Source: a virus (Duplodnaviria > Heunggongvirae > Uroviricota > Caudoviricetes). From it: a stretch of 64,000 nt of DNA. Positions 17,090 through 24,147 of the stretch are shown here, in pieces. Position 1 is the stretch's first letter. Every line of letters begins with the position of its first letter. A program made the position numbers and the translations under genes. Below the pieces are notes generated by a model. It searched no databases. It saw nothing but the letters and a program-made list of their open reading frames with translations, and was not told the origin of the DNA. The stretch lies in IMG/VR virus record IMGVR_UViG_3300045993_000138; one strand, given 5' to 3'.

Positions 17090-17761
17090 ATGTTTGTATA
17101 TAAAAGTGGTATGAACAATACTGAAAGAACATTCACAGACATTTTTAATCACGGTACTTGGGGACCAGTGAAGAGTGGAGACGGATCCACGATCAGATAC
17201 ACTGAAAACCTAAGGAAAGAACTTCCGCTTGTATTTGGAAAGTTCGGTGTGCAGACATTTCTAGATGCGCCTTGTGGCGACATGACATGGATGCCACTAG
17301 TATTGAAAGAATCAAACATCAATTATATTGGTGGAGATATTGTCGGAAACATGATTGAACAGCATACCGCACAGTATGCAAATGAAAGAACTAAGTTCCA
17401 ACATTTGGATATTTGTCGCGACGCTCTTCCATCAGCAGATCTTTGGATGTGTCGAGATTGTTTGTTTCATCTGTGTGAAGAAGAAATCTTCATGGCACTG
17501 AACAACTTTGTGAAGTCAGATATCAAATATATTCTAACTTCGACACACTTCAGTGATTCGATAAACAATATCACTGGCGGTAGTTACAATGGGAATTTTG
17601 ATATTGTAACTGGTGGATTCAGGCTTCTCAATTTGTTTGATAAGCCATACAATTTTCCAGAACCGCTTTATAGAATTGCTGATGCTCTTGTAGGGTTTCC
17701 GAGACGCGAAATGTGCGTCTGGTCTAGAGAGCAGATTGCAAATGTTTTAATGGGTGGATAG
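17090..17761 (+). CDS. class I SAM-dependent methyltransferase
   Basis: FLDAPCGD motif I, GGDIV, RDCLFHL. Confidence 0.8.
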   Translation: MFVYKSGMNNTERTFTDIFNHGTWGPVKSGDGSTIRYTENLRKELPLVFGKFGVQTFLDAPCGDMTWMPLVLKESNINYIGGDIVGNMIEQHTAQYANERTKFQHLDICRDALPSADLWMCRDCLFHLCEEEIFMALNNFVKSDIKYILTSTHFSDSINNITGGSYNGNFDIVTGGFRLLNLFDKPYNFPEPLYRIADALVGFPRREMCVWSREQIANVLMGG

Positions 17762-17826
17762 TATAATGGTAGTACAGCAGCCTCCAAATCTGCACGGTCA
17801 GGGTTCGAATCCTTGTCTGCCCGCCA
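17752..17826 (+). tRNA. tRNA-Trp(CCA)
   Basis: loop CTCCAAA, CCA; overlaps last codons of upstream CDS. Confidence 0.85.
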
Positions 17827-17957
17827 AATGATAGTATCGCTGTCTGGTCTGTATTAAATTACGGGATGGCACCGAAGGGTGTAAATCGACTACAGTGATA
17901 GTGGATCAAGCTTCCACCGTTTTGTGGTGTTTCGAAAAACCACACATAGTTTTCAAT

Positions 17958-18035
17958 GCGTTTGTCGTATAACTGGCAAATTATACCTGACTCTTACTCA
18001 GGCTGATCAGGGTTCGAATCCCTGCGAACGCACCA
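17958..18035 (+). tRNA. tRNA-Lys(CTT)
   Basis: loop CTCTTAC, CCA. Confidence 0.82.
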
Positions 18036-18042
18036 ATTTTAT

Positions 18043-18119
18043 GCGCCTATAGTGAAATGGAATTATCACAAGAGTCTACGAAACTCTTATTACAGGTTCG
18101 AATCCTGTTAGGCGTGCCA
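18043..18119 (+). tRNA. tRNA-Arg(ACG)
   Basis: loop CTACGAA, CCA. Confidence 0.88.
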
Positions 18120-18150
18120 AACATCGTCGGTTTCAACATCGACGTATCGA

Positions 18151-18281
18151 TTAGTAGGAAGACGTTGGTTCGAATCCAACTGGCATAGTGATCAAACCTC
18201 TGTGGACGCACAGTGTAAGCGGAAGCGCGAGTTGATCGACAAAACTATGCTGTAGCTTAGTGGAAGAGCGTCCTGCGCTAA
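18151..18281 (+). ncRNA. circularly permuted tRNA mimic (YrlA Y-RNA-like architecture)
   Basis: T arm 18164-80, acceptor-like helix 18181-89/18244-52 closed by a branched insert, D arm 18253-69, terminal helix GTAGGA/TCCTGC. Confidence 0.7.
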
Positions 18282-18285
18282 ATTT

Positions 18286-18360
18286 GCTCTCAAAGCATTG
18301 ACGGCGATGCGCGGGTTTTGTAAGCCTGATAACTCAGTTCGACTCCGAGTGAGAGCACCA
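18286..18360 (+). tRNA. tRNA-Thr(TGT)
   Basis: loop TTTGTAA, CCA. Confidence 0.88.
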
Positions 18361-18363
18361 AAT

Positions 18364-18462
18364 TTGAGTCAGAAGTGTAGTGGTTGCACGGGAAGTCCGA
18401 GACGCATAATCTGCGGAGTAGGCATCCAAATGCCAAGAGTGGTTCGATTCCACATGACTCAA
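18364..18462 (+). ncRNA. tRNA-like RNA with branched anticodon domain, no CCA
   Basis: TTGAGTCA/TGACTCAA stem, D-like arm, GTGG-TTCGATT-CCAC T arm. Confidence 0.5.
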
Positions 18463-18472
18463 TGTTTTATAT

Positions 18473-18547
18473 GGTCCCATCGTCTAGCGGTAAGGATAAG
18501 AGACTTTCAATCTTTTGACAGGGGTTCGATTCCCCTTGGGACTACCA
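18473..18547 (+). tRNA. tRNA-Glu(TTC)
   Basis: loop CTTTCAA, CCA. Confidence 0.9.
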
Positions 18548-18552
18548 ATTTC

Positions 18553-18630
18553 GGATACGTAGCATAAATGGCTTGTGCGTCACTCTCATAAAGTGAAATG
18601 GTATTGGTTCAATTCCAATCGTATCCTCCA
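18553..18630 (+). tRNA. tRNA(CAT), Met or Ile2
   Basis: loop CTCATAA, CCA. Confidence 0.82.
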
Positions 18631-18637
18631 GTTTTAT

Positions 18638-18711
18638 GCGCCCTTCGTATAGAAGCATTACCTTGGTTTTACATACCAAAGAAGGCGGAGCATTACCGTC
18701 AGGGCGTACCA
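18638..18711 (+). tRNA. tRNA-Val(TAC)
   Basis: loop TTTACAT, T-loop AGCATTA, CCA. Confidence 0.75.
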
Positions 18712-18788
18712 AATTGCCATTGAAAAGATGGATAGAGAAAGTCGGTCGAATCTAGACTTGACAGGGGGAGAGTCTCCACCAATTTTAT

Positions 18789-18861
18789 AGCGGGTAAGTA
18801 GACGATTGCTACGCTGCGTTCATACCGCAGAGAGGATGTGAGACTCATCATCCCGCTACCA
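18789..18861 (+). tRNA. atypical tRNA-Met(CAT)
   Basis: CTGCG-TTCATAC-CGCAG arm, T-loop TGAGACT, CCA. Confidence 0.6.
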
Positions 18862-18868
18862 ATTTTAA

Positions 18869-18943
18869 CGCCTGATAAGTTAACGATATAGACTAGTCAC
18901 CTGATCAGTGAACAGTGTGGTATGAAATCCACAAAGGCGACCA
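18869..18943 (+). tRNA. degenerate tRNA-Ile(GAT)-like
   Basis: CGCCT/AGGCG-ACCA, loop CTGATCA, irregular D and T arms. Confidence 0.45.
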
Positions 18944-19136
18944 TTTTTGTAGTCTTGCGCGAGGCAAGGTAAAAGGCACTGCGGGTAGAAATACCGATAA
19001 ACATCGAAGCGCAGTTTAAATAGATTGTGTTCAGCCTACTACAATTTTACAACACTGAGCGGAGAGATCACCGCACGGAGGACGGCGCAAACACTCACCT
19101 TAAAAATGAGAACAATTAGCCATCCCAACTTTTTAT

Positions 19137-19210
19137 AGGACCGTAGCTCAAAAGTAGAGCAATGTACTGATAATGCATAGACGAAGGAGCGTTACCTTCT
19201 GGTCCTACCA
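19137..19210 (+). tRNA. tRNA-Ile(GAT)
   Basis: loop CTGATAA, T-loop AGCGTTA, CCA. Confidence 0.8.
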
Positions 19211-19216
19211 ATTTTT

Positions 19217-19291
19217 GCTTGTATCGTATAACGGCTAATACGATCTCCCGATTAGAGATTTATCAGGGTTCGAATCCTTGTACAAGCACCA
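19217..19291 (+). tRNA. tRNA with non-canonical anticodon loop (CCGATTA)
   Basis: good acceptor, D and T arms and CCA; C33 and U37 instead of U33 and purine 37. Confidence 0.65.
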
Positions 19292-19621
19292 AGTTTTGAT
19301 GTGGCTCGCGTAAGTCTTAGCGGACATGACGCTTTGTTGTGATGCTCTGAATGTATACTAGTACTTTCATTCAGGCTAAACTTCGTAAATTCGGGGAACA
19401 GAGGCTTCAACGAGTTCTTTGTTCAATAGCAAACCACATCAAATTTAACGTTCCGTTGTTAGCGGATAGTGTGCCCACACGATGAGAAGTAGAGTGACAT
19501 CTACGGGACGGTTCTAGTCAAGCCTTACTAGCGTTAGCAGCACGATAGTCTTTCTGTGTCGTGAAGTGGGGTGACGGTTCAAGCCGAATTACCACCGATA
19601 GAAAGAATGCACCTAATTTAT

Positions 19622-19698
19622 GGCTGGTTAGAATAGTGGCTTAATTCACTACCCTGTCACGGTAGATATCACGGGTTCGAATCCCGTACCAGTCGCCA
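19622..19698 (+). tRNA. tRNA-Asp(GTC)
   Basis: loop CTGTCAC, CCA. Confidence 0.9.
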
Positions 19699-19767
19699 AC
19701 AACAGACAAAGTATTAAACAAAAACGTACTTTGTCTACCTAAATACCTTTTGTTTAAGAAGGTATTC

Positions 19768-20256
19768 ATGAGAAGAATCAACACACTCATAGTAGCAGTT
19801 ATCGCATTAGTGTTATTTACGATTGGTTGGTTTCTTCCTCTGCATAGTTACATCACTCCAAGAGAGGGTGTAGGTTACGCACTAGGATGGATCGGTGCAA
19901 TTGGAATGATGCTGGCATCTTCTTATGCACTGAGAAAAAGGTTTCATAGATTGTTTGATTGGATTGGAAACCATAGAATGGTTTTCGATGTCCACATAAT
20001 CTTCGGAATCTTTGGACCGATAATGATTATGTATCACTGTGGTTACAGGCTTGGAGCAACGAATAGCAATGTCGCATTGTATTCAATGATCGCCGTGGTC
20101 GCAAGTGGTGTAATTGGAAGGTATCTATATATTAGAGTGGATAGAAGTGCGCTAATTAAGAAACTGTTTTCTTGGTGGCACGCAGTTCACCTTCCGTTTC
20201 TAGGTATGTTAATTGTAACGACAATCTTTCATGTCCTAGCATCGTTTTTATACTGA
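19768..20256 (+). CDS. membrane protein with ferric-reductase-like His motifs
   Basis: several TM helices; H-IIFGIFGP-IMIMYH and WWHAVHLPF...FHV. Confidence 0.7.
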   Translation: MRRINTLIVAVIALVLFTIGWFLPLHSYITPREGVGYALGWIGAIGMMLASSYALRKRFHRLFDWIGNHRMVFDVHIIFGIFGPIMIMYHCGYRLGATNSNVALYSMIAVVASGVIGRYLYIRVDRSALIKKLFSWWHAVHLPFLGMLIVTTIFHVLASFLY

Positions 20257-20259
20257 TTC

Positions 20260-20334
20260 GCCCTTATAGTACAATGGCAAGTACGCATCATTGGTAATGA
20301 TGAAATCAAAGTTCAATTCTTTGTTGGGGCACCA
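20260..20334 (+). tRNA. tRNA-Thr(GGT)
   Basis: loop TTGGTAA, CCA. Confidence 0.85.
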
Positions 20335-20352
20335 AAATTTGAGGATAAGATT

Positions 20353-20730
20353 ATGGTTAAAAGATTTACAATGCCTTGTCATGTTTCTCACCGACATGGA
20401 CTTCTAGAACAAGCCAACGGCTATATAATTCAGGCGAGTGATTATGATGTTCTATTTGGAGAGAAGACAAAGTTAGAAGAAAGAAATGCTCTTCTTCAAA
20501 AGCAACTAAATGAACTTCAAAAGAAATACGAAGTTTTGGAAAAGCAAAAAAATCCAAAGGTTGCTAAAAAGAAGAAAGGTGGTTGGATTGTTAAAGTGCC
20601 AGTAGATGAAGATGAATGGATCTATCTAACTGATCTTGCAACCAACGAAAGAATGATTTTTGAAACCGAAGAAGAAGCCGTCAAGTATGGAACTCTTCAA
20701 GGTGTTCATAAGGTAGAGAAGATTAAATAG
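20353..20730 (+). CDS. hypothetical coiled-coil protein
   Basis: gagga RBS, 125 aa. Confidence 0.7.
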   Translation: MVKRFTMPCHVSHRHGLLEQANGYIIQASDYDVLFGEKTKLEERNALLQKQLNELQKKYEVLEKQKNPKVAKKKKGGWIVKVPVDEDEWIYLTDLATNERMIFETEEEAVKYGTLQGVHKVEKIK

Positions 20731-20736
20731 TTTTAT

Positions 20737-20811
20737 GCGGGGATCGCATAATGGTAGTGCCAATGCTTGCCAAGCATTTGTTCGTGGGTTCGATTCCCAT
20801 TCCCCGCTCCA
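20737..20811 (+). tRNA. tRNA-Gly(GCC)
   Basis: loop TTGCCAA, CCA. Confidence 0.9.
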
Positions 20812-20815
20812 ATTT

Positions 20816-20894
20816 GCAAAGTGAGCTAGTGTGGTCATTTCAGCGCACGCCTGAAGAGCGTGATAACCAAGTTCGATTCTTGGACTTTGCACCA
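20816..20894 (+). tRNA. tRNA-Phe(GAA)
   Basis: loop CTGAAGA, CCA. Confidence 0.88.
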
Positions 20895-20900
20895 ATCAAC

Positions 20901-20972
20901 GGGGTCGGGGTTTTGCAGCAGATGCTCCTGCGAAATTAAACCTTAGAGTATTAGGTTACTCCGATTCCACCA
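20901..20972 (+). ncRNA. D-armless tRNA-like RNA with G3:U70
   Basis: GGGGTCG/CGATTCC-ACCA, GAGTA/TACTC T-like arm, one long internal hairpin. Confidence 0.5.
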
Positions 20973-20977
20973 AATTT

Positions 20978-21052
20978 CGCGAAGCTGCTCGGTGAAAGGG
21001 CGTCTACCATTTAAGTAGTTGGTCGGTGGTTAAATTCCATCCTTCGCGACCA
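20978..21052 (+). tRNA. atypical tRNA-Lys(TTT)-like
   Basis: CGCGAAG/CTTCGCG-ACCA, loop CATTTAA (A33), T-loop TTAAATT. Confidence 0.5.
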
Positions 21053-21123
21053 GAGTACTCCACTTAAGATACTGTATCTTCGTCTTTTGTGGGAAGGGGT
21101 GAATACAGCACCCCGAGAGTTTT

Positions 21124-21200
21124 GCTAGTGTGGCGCAATTGGCAGTCGCGTGTGCCTTAGAAGCACAATGTTGTAGGTTCGACTCCTATCACTAGCACCA
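21124..21200 (+). tRNA. tRNA-Leu(TAG), short V arm
   Basis: loop CTTAGAA, CCA. Confidence 0.85.
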
Positions 21201-21207
21201 ATTTTAT

Positions 21208-21285
21208 GCTCCTATCGTCTAGATAGGCTCAGGACACAAGGTTCTCAACCTTGGTACGTGGGTTCGAATCCCGCTAGGAGCGCCA
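21208..21285 (+). tRNA. tRNA-Glu(CTC)
   Basis: loop TTCTCAA, CCA. Confidence 0.88.
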
Positions 21286-21289
21286 GTTT

Positions 21290-21394
21290 AGGATGATTAC
21301 AGCAACTCAATTTAACTCGCCAAACTTGAGTGGGAGTCCAATGGGGACGGTGCGCTAGGGTTCGAATCCCTCCTTAATAGCACTATTCATCCTG
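21290..21394 (+). ncRNA. unassigned RNA of the stem-WCAGCAA family (copy A)
   Basis: AGGATGA/TCATCCT closing stem, ACAGCAA, internal D-like and T-like hairpins. Confidence 0.5.
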
Positions 21395-21406
21395 TTTAGT
21401 TTCTAT

Positions 21407-21484
21407 GGTGATTGTATCATAATTGGTTAATGACCCCGACTGTGAATCGGGATTATGCGAGTTCAACTCTCGTCAATCACCCCA
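21407..21484 (+). tRNA. tRNA-His(GTG)
   Basis: loop CTGTGAA, G-1:C73, CCA. Confidence 0.9.
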
Positions 21485-21493
21485 AGTTTTTAT

Positions 21494-21567
21494 TCTTCCC
21501 TCGTCTAACGGCAGGACGCAATCCTCTGAAGTTTGCTATCGTGGTTCGAATCCACGGGGAAGATCCA
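21494..21567 (+). tRNA. tRNA-Gln(CTG)
   Basis: loop CTCTGAA, CCA. Confidence 0.82.
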
Positions 21568-21642
21568 ATTATCAGTCAACGGTGTAATGACTGCCATTCG
21601 TTAAGAAATGGTGCTGTATGACAGTAGTGAAAAACCGTCTAT

Positions 21643-21717
21643 TCTCCCTTCGTCTAACTGGCAGGACATCTGACTTTGAATCAGCGAATTGAGGTTCGAA
21701 TCCTTGAGGGAGAGCCA
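21643..21717 (+). tRNA. tRNA-Gln(TTG)
   Basis: loop CTTTGAA, CCA. Confidence 0.88.
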
Positions 21718-21747
21718 ATTTACATGTAACCGAAAAAGGAGGTTATT

Positions 21748-22251
21748 ATGGGAGCTACATGGCTCATAAGTGACACTCATTTCGGTCACGAAAATTGCTG
21801 CACTAGGTTCAAGAGAGAAGATGGTTCTCCCCTGCGACCTTTCAAGAATGCAGAAGAAATGAATGCGGAAATGATCAAGCGTTGGAATGCAAGAGTGCGT
21901 CCTGACGACAAGGTTTACCATCTTGGGGATGTCGTAATCAACAAGAAGTATCTTTGGATCGTTTCTCAACTAAACGGTAACAAGAGACTTGTCCGTGGCA
22001 ATCACGATATATTCAAGACGAAGGAATACATCGATGCTGGATTCAAGGAAGTGTATGGAGTTCGTGTCCTAGAGGATATGATTCTTTCTCACATTCCACT
22101 ACATCCAGAATGTATCACGGAAAGATTCTTTCATAACGTTCACGGACACCTTCACGCAAATACGTTGAAGGATAAGAGATATATAAATGTAAGTGTGGAG
22201 CAAATTGATTACGCTCCTATCAGCATTGAAGAAGTTCGTGCAAGATTTTAA
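21748..22251 (+). CDS. calcineurin-like metallophosphoesterase
   Basis: DTHFGH, GD, GNHD, SHIP, HGHLH motifs. Confidence 0.9.
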   Translation: MGATWLISDTHFGHENCCTRFKREDGSPLRPFKNAEEMNAEMIKRWNARVRPDDKVYHLGDVVINKKYLWIVSQLNGNKRLVRGNHDIFKTKEYIDAGFKEVYGVRVLEDMILSHIPLHPECITERFFHNVHGHLHANTLKDKRYINVSVEQIDYAPISIEEVRARF

Positions 22252-22252
22252 C

Positions 22253-22343
22253 GGAAGATGATCCAGTGAGGCACTGGACCTGTTTTGAACGCAGTGGGAC
22301 TGGTGATGAGCCAGTTGGGGATCGATACCTCCGTCTTCCGCCA
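22253..22343 (+). tRNA. tRNA-Ser(TGA)
   Basis: loop TTTGAAC, long V arm, G73, T-loop ATCGATA. Confidence 0.8.
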
Positions 22344-22347
22344 TTTT

Positions 22348-22440
22348 TGTTTCTATGTTTGCATAACGTGAGGAATTGGTATACTTAGCACCGATTCTAT
22401 TGATCGGCGCAATGTCTAGGTTCGAATCCTAGTAGAAACA
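22348..22440 (+). ncRNA. tRNA-like RNA without CCA
   Basis: TGTTTCTA/TAGAAACA stem, Leu-like D arm, 8 bp anticodon-like stem, canonical T arm. Confidence 0.45.
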
Positions 22441-22446
22441 TTTTAT

Positions 22447-22536
22447 AGAGAGTTGCCAGAGTGGTCTATTGGCGCATCTTGGAAAGGTGATGGTGGCGAA
22501 AGCTACACAAGGGTTCAAATCCCTTACTCTCTGCCA
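22447..22536 (+). tRNA. tRNA-Ser(GGA)
   Basis: loop TTGGAAA, long V arm, CCA. Confidence 0.88.
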
Positions 22537-22638
22537 CTACCTCGGTTGGACATATGTGCTGATCGAATGCATGTATCATAGAGGATACATTGCTTGGAAT
22601 GCGACAAATAAACAAACTGCAATCCATTTTTAGTTTTT

Positions 22639-22715
22639 GCCCGTGTGACGGAATTGGCATACCTTGCTCGCTTAGAACGAGTAGCCTAAGAGTTTGAATC
22701 TCTTCATTCGCACCA
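22639..22715 (+). tRNA. degenerate tRNA-Leu(TAG)
   Basis: loop CTTAGAA but mismatched acceptor stem, T-loop TTTGAAT. Confidence 0.55.
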
Positions 22716-22830
22716 AATAGTCTGAGTCGCACTCAGAATGATAAGAGACGATGGTGAGCCTAAAGCGGTGGGGCTTATAAAATCCATTACAAACGTCTAG
22801 GGTAAAACTCCATACGCCGCGCCCAATTTT

Positions 22831-23057
22831 ATATCAAGTCGAGCAATCGCTGTTATACTAGGTTCAATAATACCTTAGTATAATGGAGGTAAGTTCGCGA
22901 TACACCCAAGGCTGGTAGAAGTCGAAAGACGTTATACTACTGAATACGGAAAGGGGTGTACAAGCCAAACAGTCCTAGTCAAGCCTTAACGTAACGGACG
23001 GGTTGGTGCATAGACAAATGATTGCATAGAACAGAATCGCGGCTATGGACTTGATAT
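22831..23057 (+). ncRNA. rnpB: RNase P RNA, minimal form (227 nt)
   Basis: P1 22831-40/23048-57, P2 GCAATC/GATTGC, P3, CR-I GAGGTAAGTTCGCGA, P4 with bulged U pairing TCGCGGCT, P5, P6 pseudoknot AAGGCT/AGCCTT, CATAGACAAATGATTGC and ACAGAATCGCGGCTA conserved tracts. Confidence 0.88.
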
Positions 23058-23066
23058 ATCGTTTTA

Positions 23067-23280
23067 AGGAATGTTACAGCAAACCAAAAATTCCTATGAT
23101 AAAGGACTGGTTGAGGTTCGATTCCTCAAGGTTCCACCAAAAACACATTGTGAGGGGCTAGTTGCATGGCACACACGAACAAAGTGCAACCCATTGTAAT
23201 AGTGATCATAAAAGCAATGAGCAGTGTGTTTCTGATGGGGCTTTAGTGTAATGGTAGCACAGTAAATAAAAACATTCCTG
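23067..23280 (+). ncRNA. permuted (two-piece) tRNA-like RNA, WCAGCAA family copy B
   Basis: 3' tRNA part (T arm, AGGTTCC-ACCA at 23129-39) precedes 5' part (GGGGCTT + D arm at 23237-60); closed by AGGAATGTT/AACATTCCT. Confidence 0.7.
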
Positions 23281-23288
23281 TTTTCTTT

Positions 23289-23375
23289 GGGATCAATTCA
23301 GCAAATCAAACAATAGGTTCGATTCCTATATTTTCCGATTCGGAGAGTTATGACCAAAGGTTGGTCGATGATCCC
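23289..23375 (+). ncRNA. permuted tRNA mimic, WCAGCAA family copy C
   Basis: GGGATCA/TGATCCC stem; order T arm, hairpin acceptor helix, D arm. Confidence 0.7.
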
Positions 23376-23380
23376 GCTTT

Positions 23381-23457
23381 GCATCTGTGACGTAATTGGC
23401 AAACGTGTTACCTTGAGAGGGTAAATTCTGTGGGTTCAAATCCCACCAGATGCACCA
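23381..23457 (+). tRNA. tRNA-Leu(GAG), short V arm
   Basis: loop TTGAGAG, CCA. Confidence 0.85.
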
Positions 23458-23495
23458 AATTCTAAATAGTTGATACCATTCGAAAGGAATCGACT

Positions 23496-23972
23496 ATGAA
23501 CATAAAGTATCTTTGGAACAACAAATGGAGCATACTAAAGAATGCTAATGTGTGGATTAACAAAAGTCCACTAGCAGTTGTTATTGCCATAGTATTCATC
23601 ATTGAACCAGTAGTATCTGGTACAATAGGAATCATTGGAGACTATACTTGGGTTAGACAAAAATTAGATCCAAGTCAAAGACCAGTGACTGCTGCCGAGT
23701 TCAAATTGCTTGACGATCAGGTTGATGCCATTCAGGCGTCCCTTGTCGAAATCAATAGTAAACTTGTGGTGAAGAAAGTCATCACTCCTGATGCACCTAA
23801 AGCAAAAGCTAAACCAGTTGTTGTGGTTGTGGAAGCAGATGCTTCTGGTATATCAAACATACCATCAGTTGGACTTTCAGCACTTAACAAATTTGAAGTT
23901 GCTAAAGTTGAACGTGAAAAGTTATCCAAGAAATTGGATGTGGCTTATCTAGAAAAGAAACCAAAGTTTTAA
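23496..23972 (+). CDS. hypothetical membrane-anchored protein
   Basis: aagga RBS, one TM helix then coiled coil. Confidence 0.65.
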   Translation: MNIKYLWNNKWSILKNANVWINKSPLAVVIAIVFIIEPVVSGTIGIIGDYTWVRQKLDPSQRPVTAAEFKLLDDQVDAIQASLVEINSKLVVKKVITPDAPKAKAKPVVVVVEADASGISNIPSVGLSALNKFEVAKVEREKLSKKLDVAYLEKKPKF

Positions 23973-23975
23973 ATT

Positions 23976-24061
23976 GGAAGATTAACTGTACAGGGTGCAG
24001 ACTCGCTTCGAAAGCGATGGGTCGGGAAACTGATGGGGATCGATACCTCAATCTTCCTCCA
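23976..24061 (+). tRNA. tRNA-Ser(CGA)
   Basis: loop TTCGAAA, long V arm, T-loop ATCGATA. Confidence 0.8.
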
Positions 24062-24068
24062 ATTTTAT

Positions 24069-24143
24069 AGTCCATTAGTTCATCAGTAGAATGCTTCATT
24101 GACATTGAAGAGGTAACAGGGGCAGCACCTGTATGGACTACCA
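24069..24143 (+). tRNA. tRNA-Val(GAC)
   Basis: loop TTGACAT, T-loop GGCAGCA. Confidence 0.8.
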
Positions 24144-24147
24144 ATAT

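Noticed and set aside
19050-19125. Glycine riboswitch-like sequence (GGAGAGA...GGCGCAAA)
   Set aside because: Lacks the GCCGAAG and CUCUCAGG elements, and no CDS follows.
19514-19527. 14-nt identity (CTAGTCAAGCCTTA) with the RNase P RNA P6 loop at 22975, suggesting a second rnpB copy
   Set aside because: No CR-I, P4 or CR-V around 19514; may be chance or a fragment.
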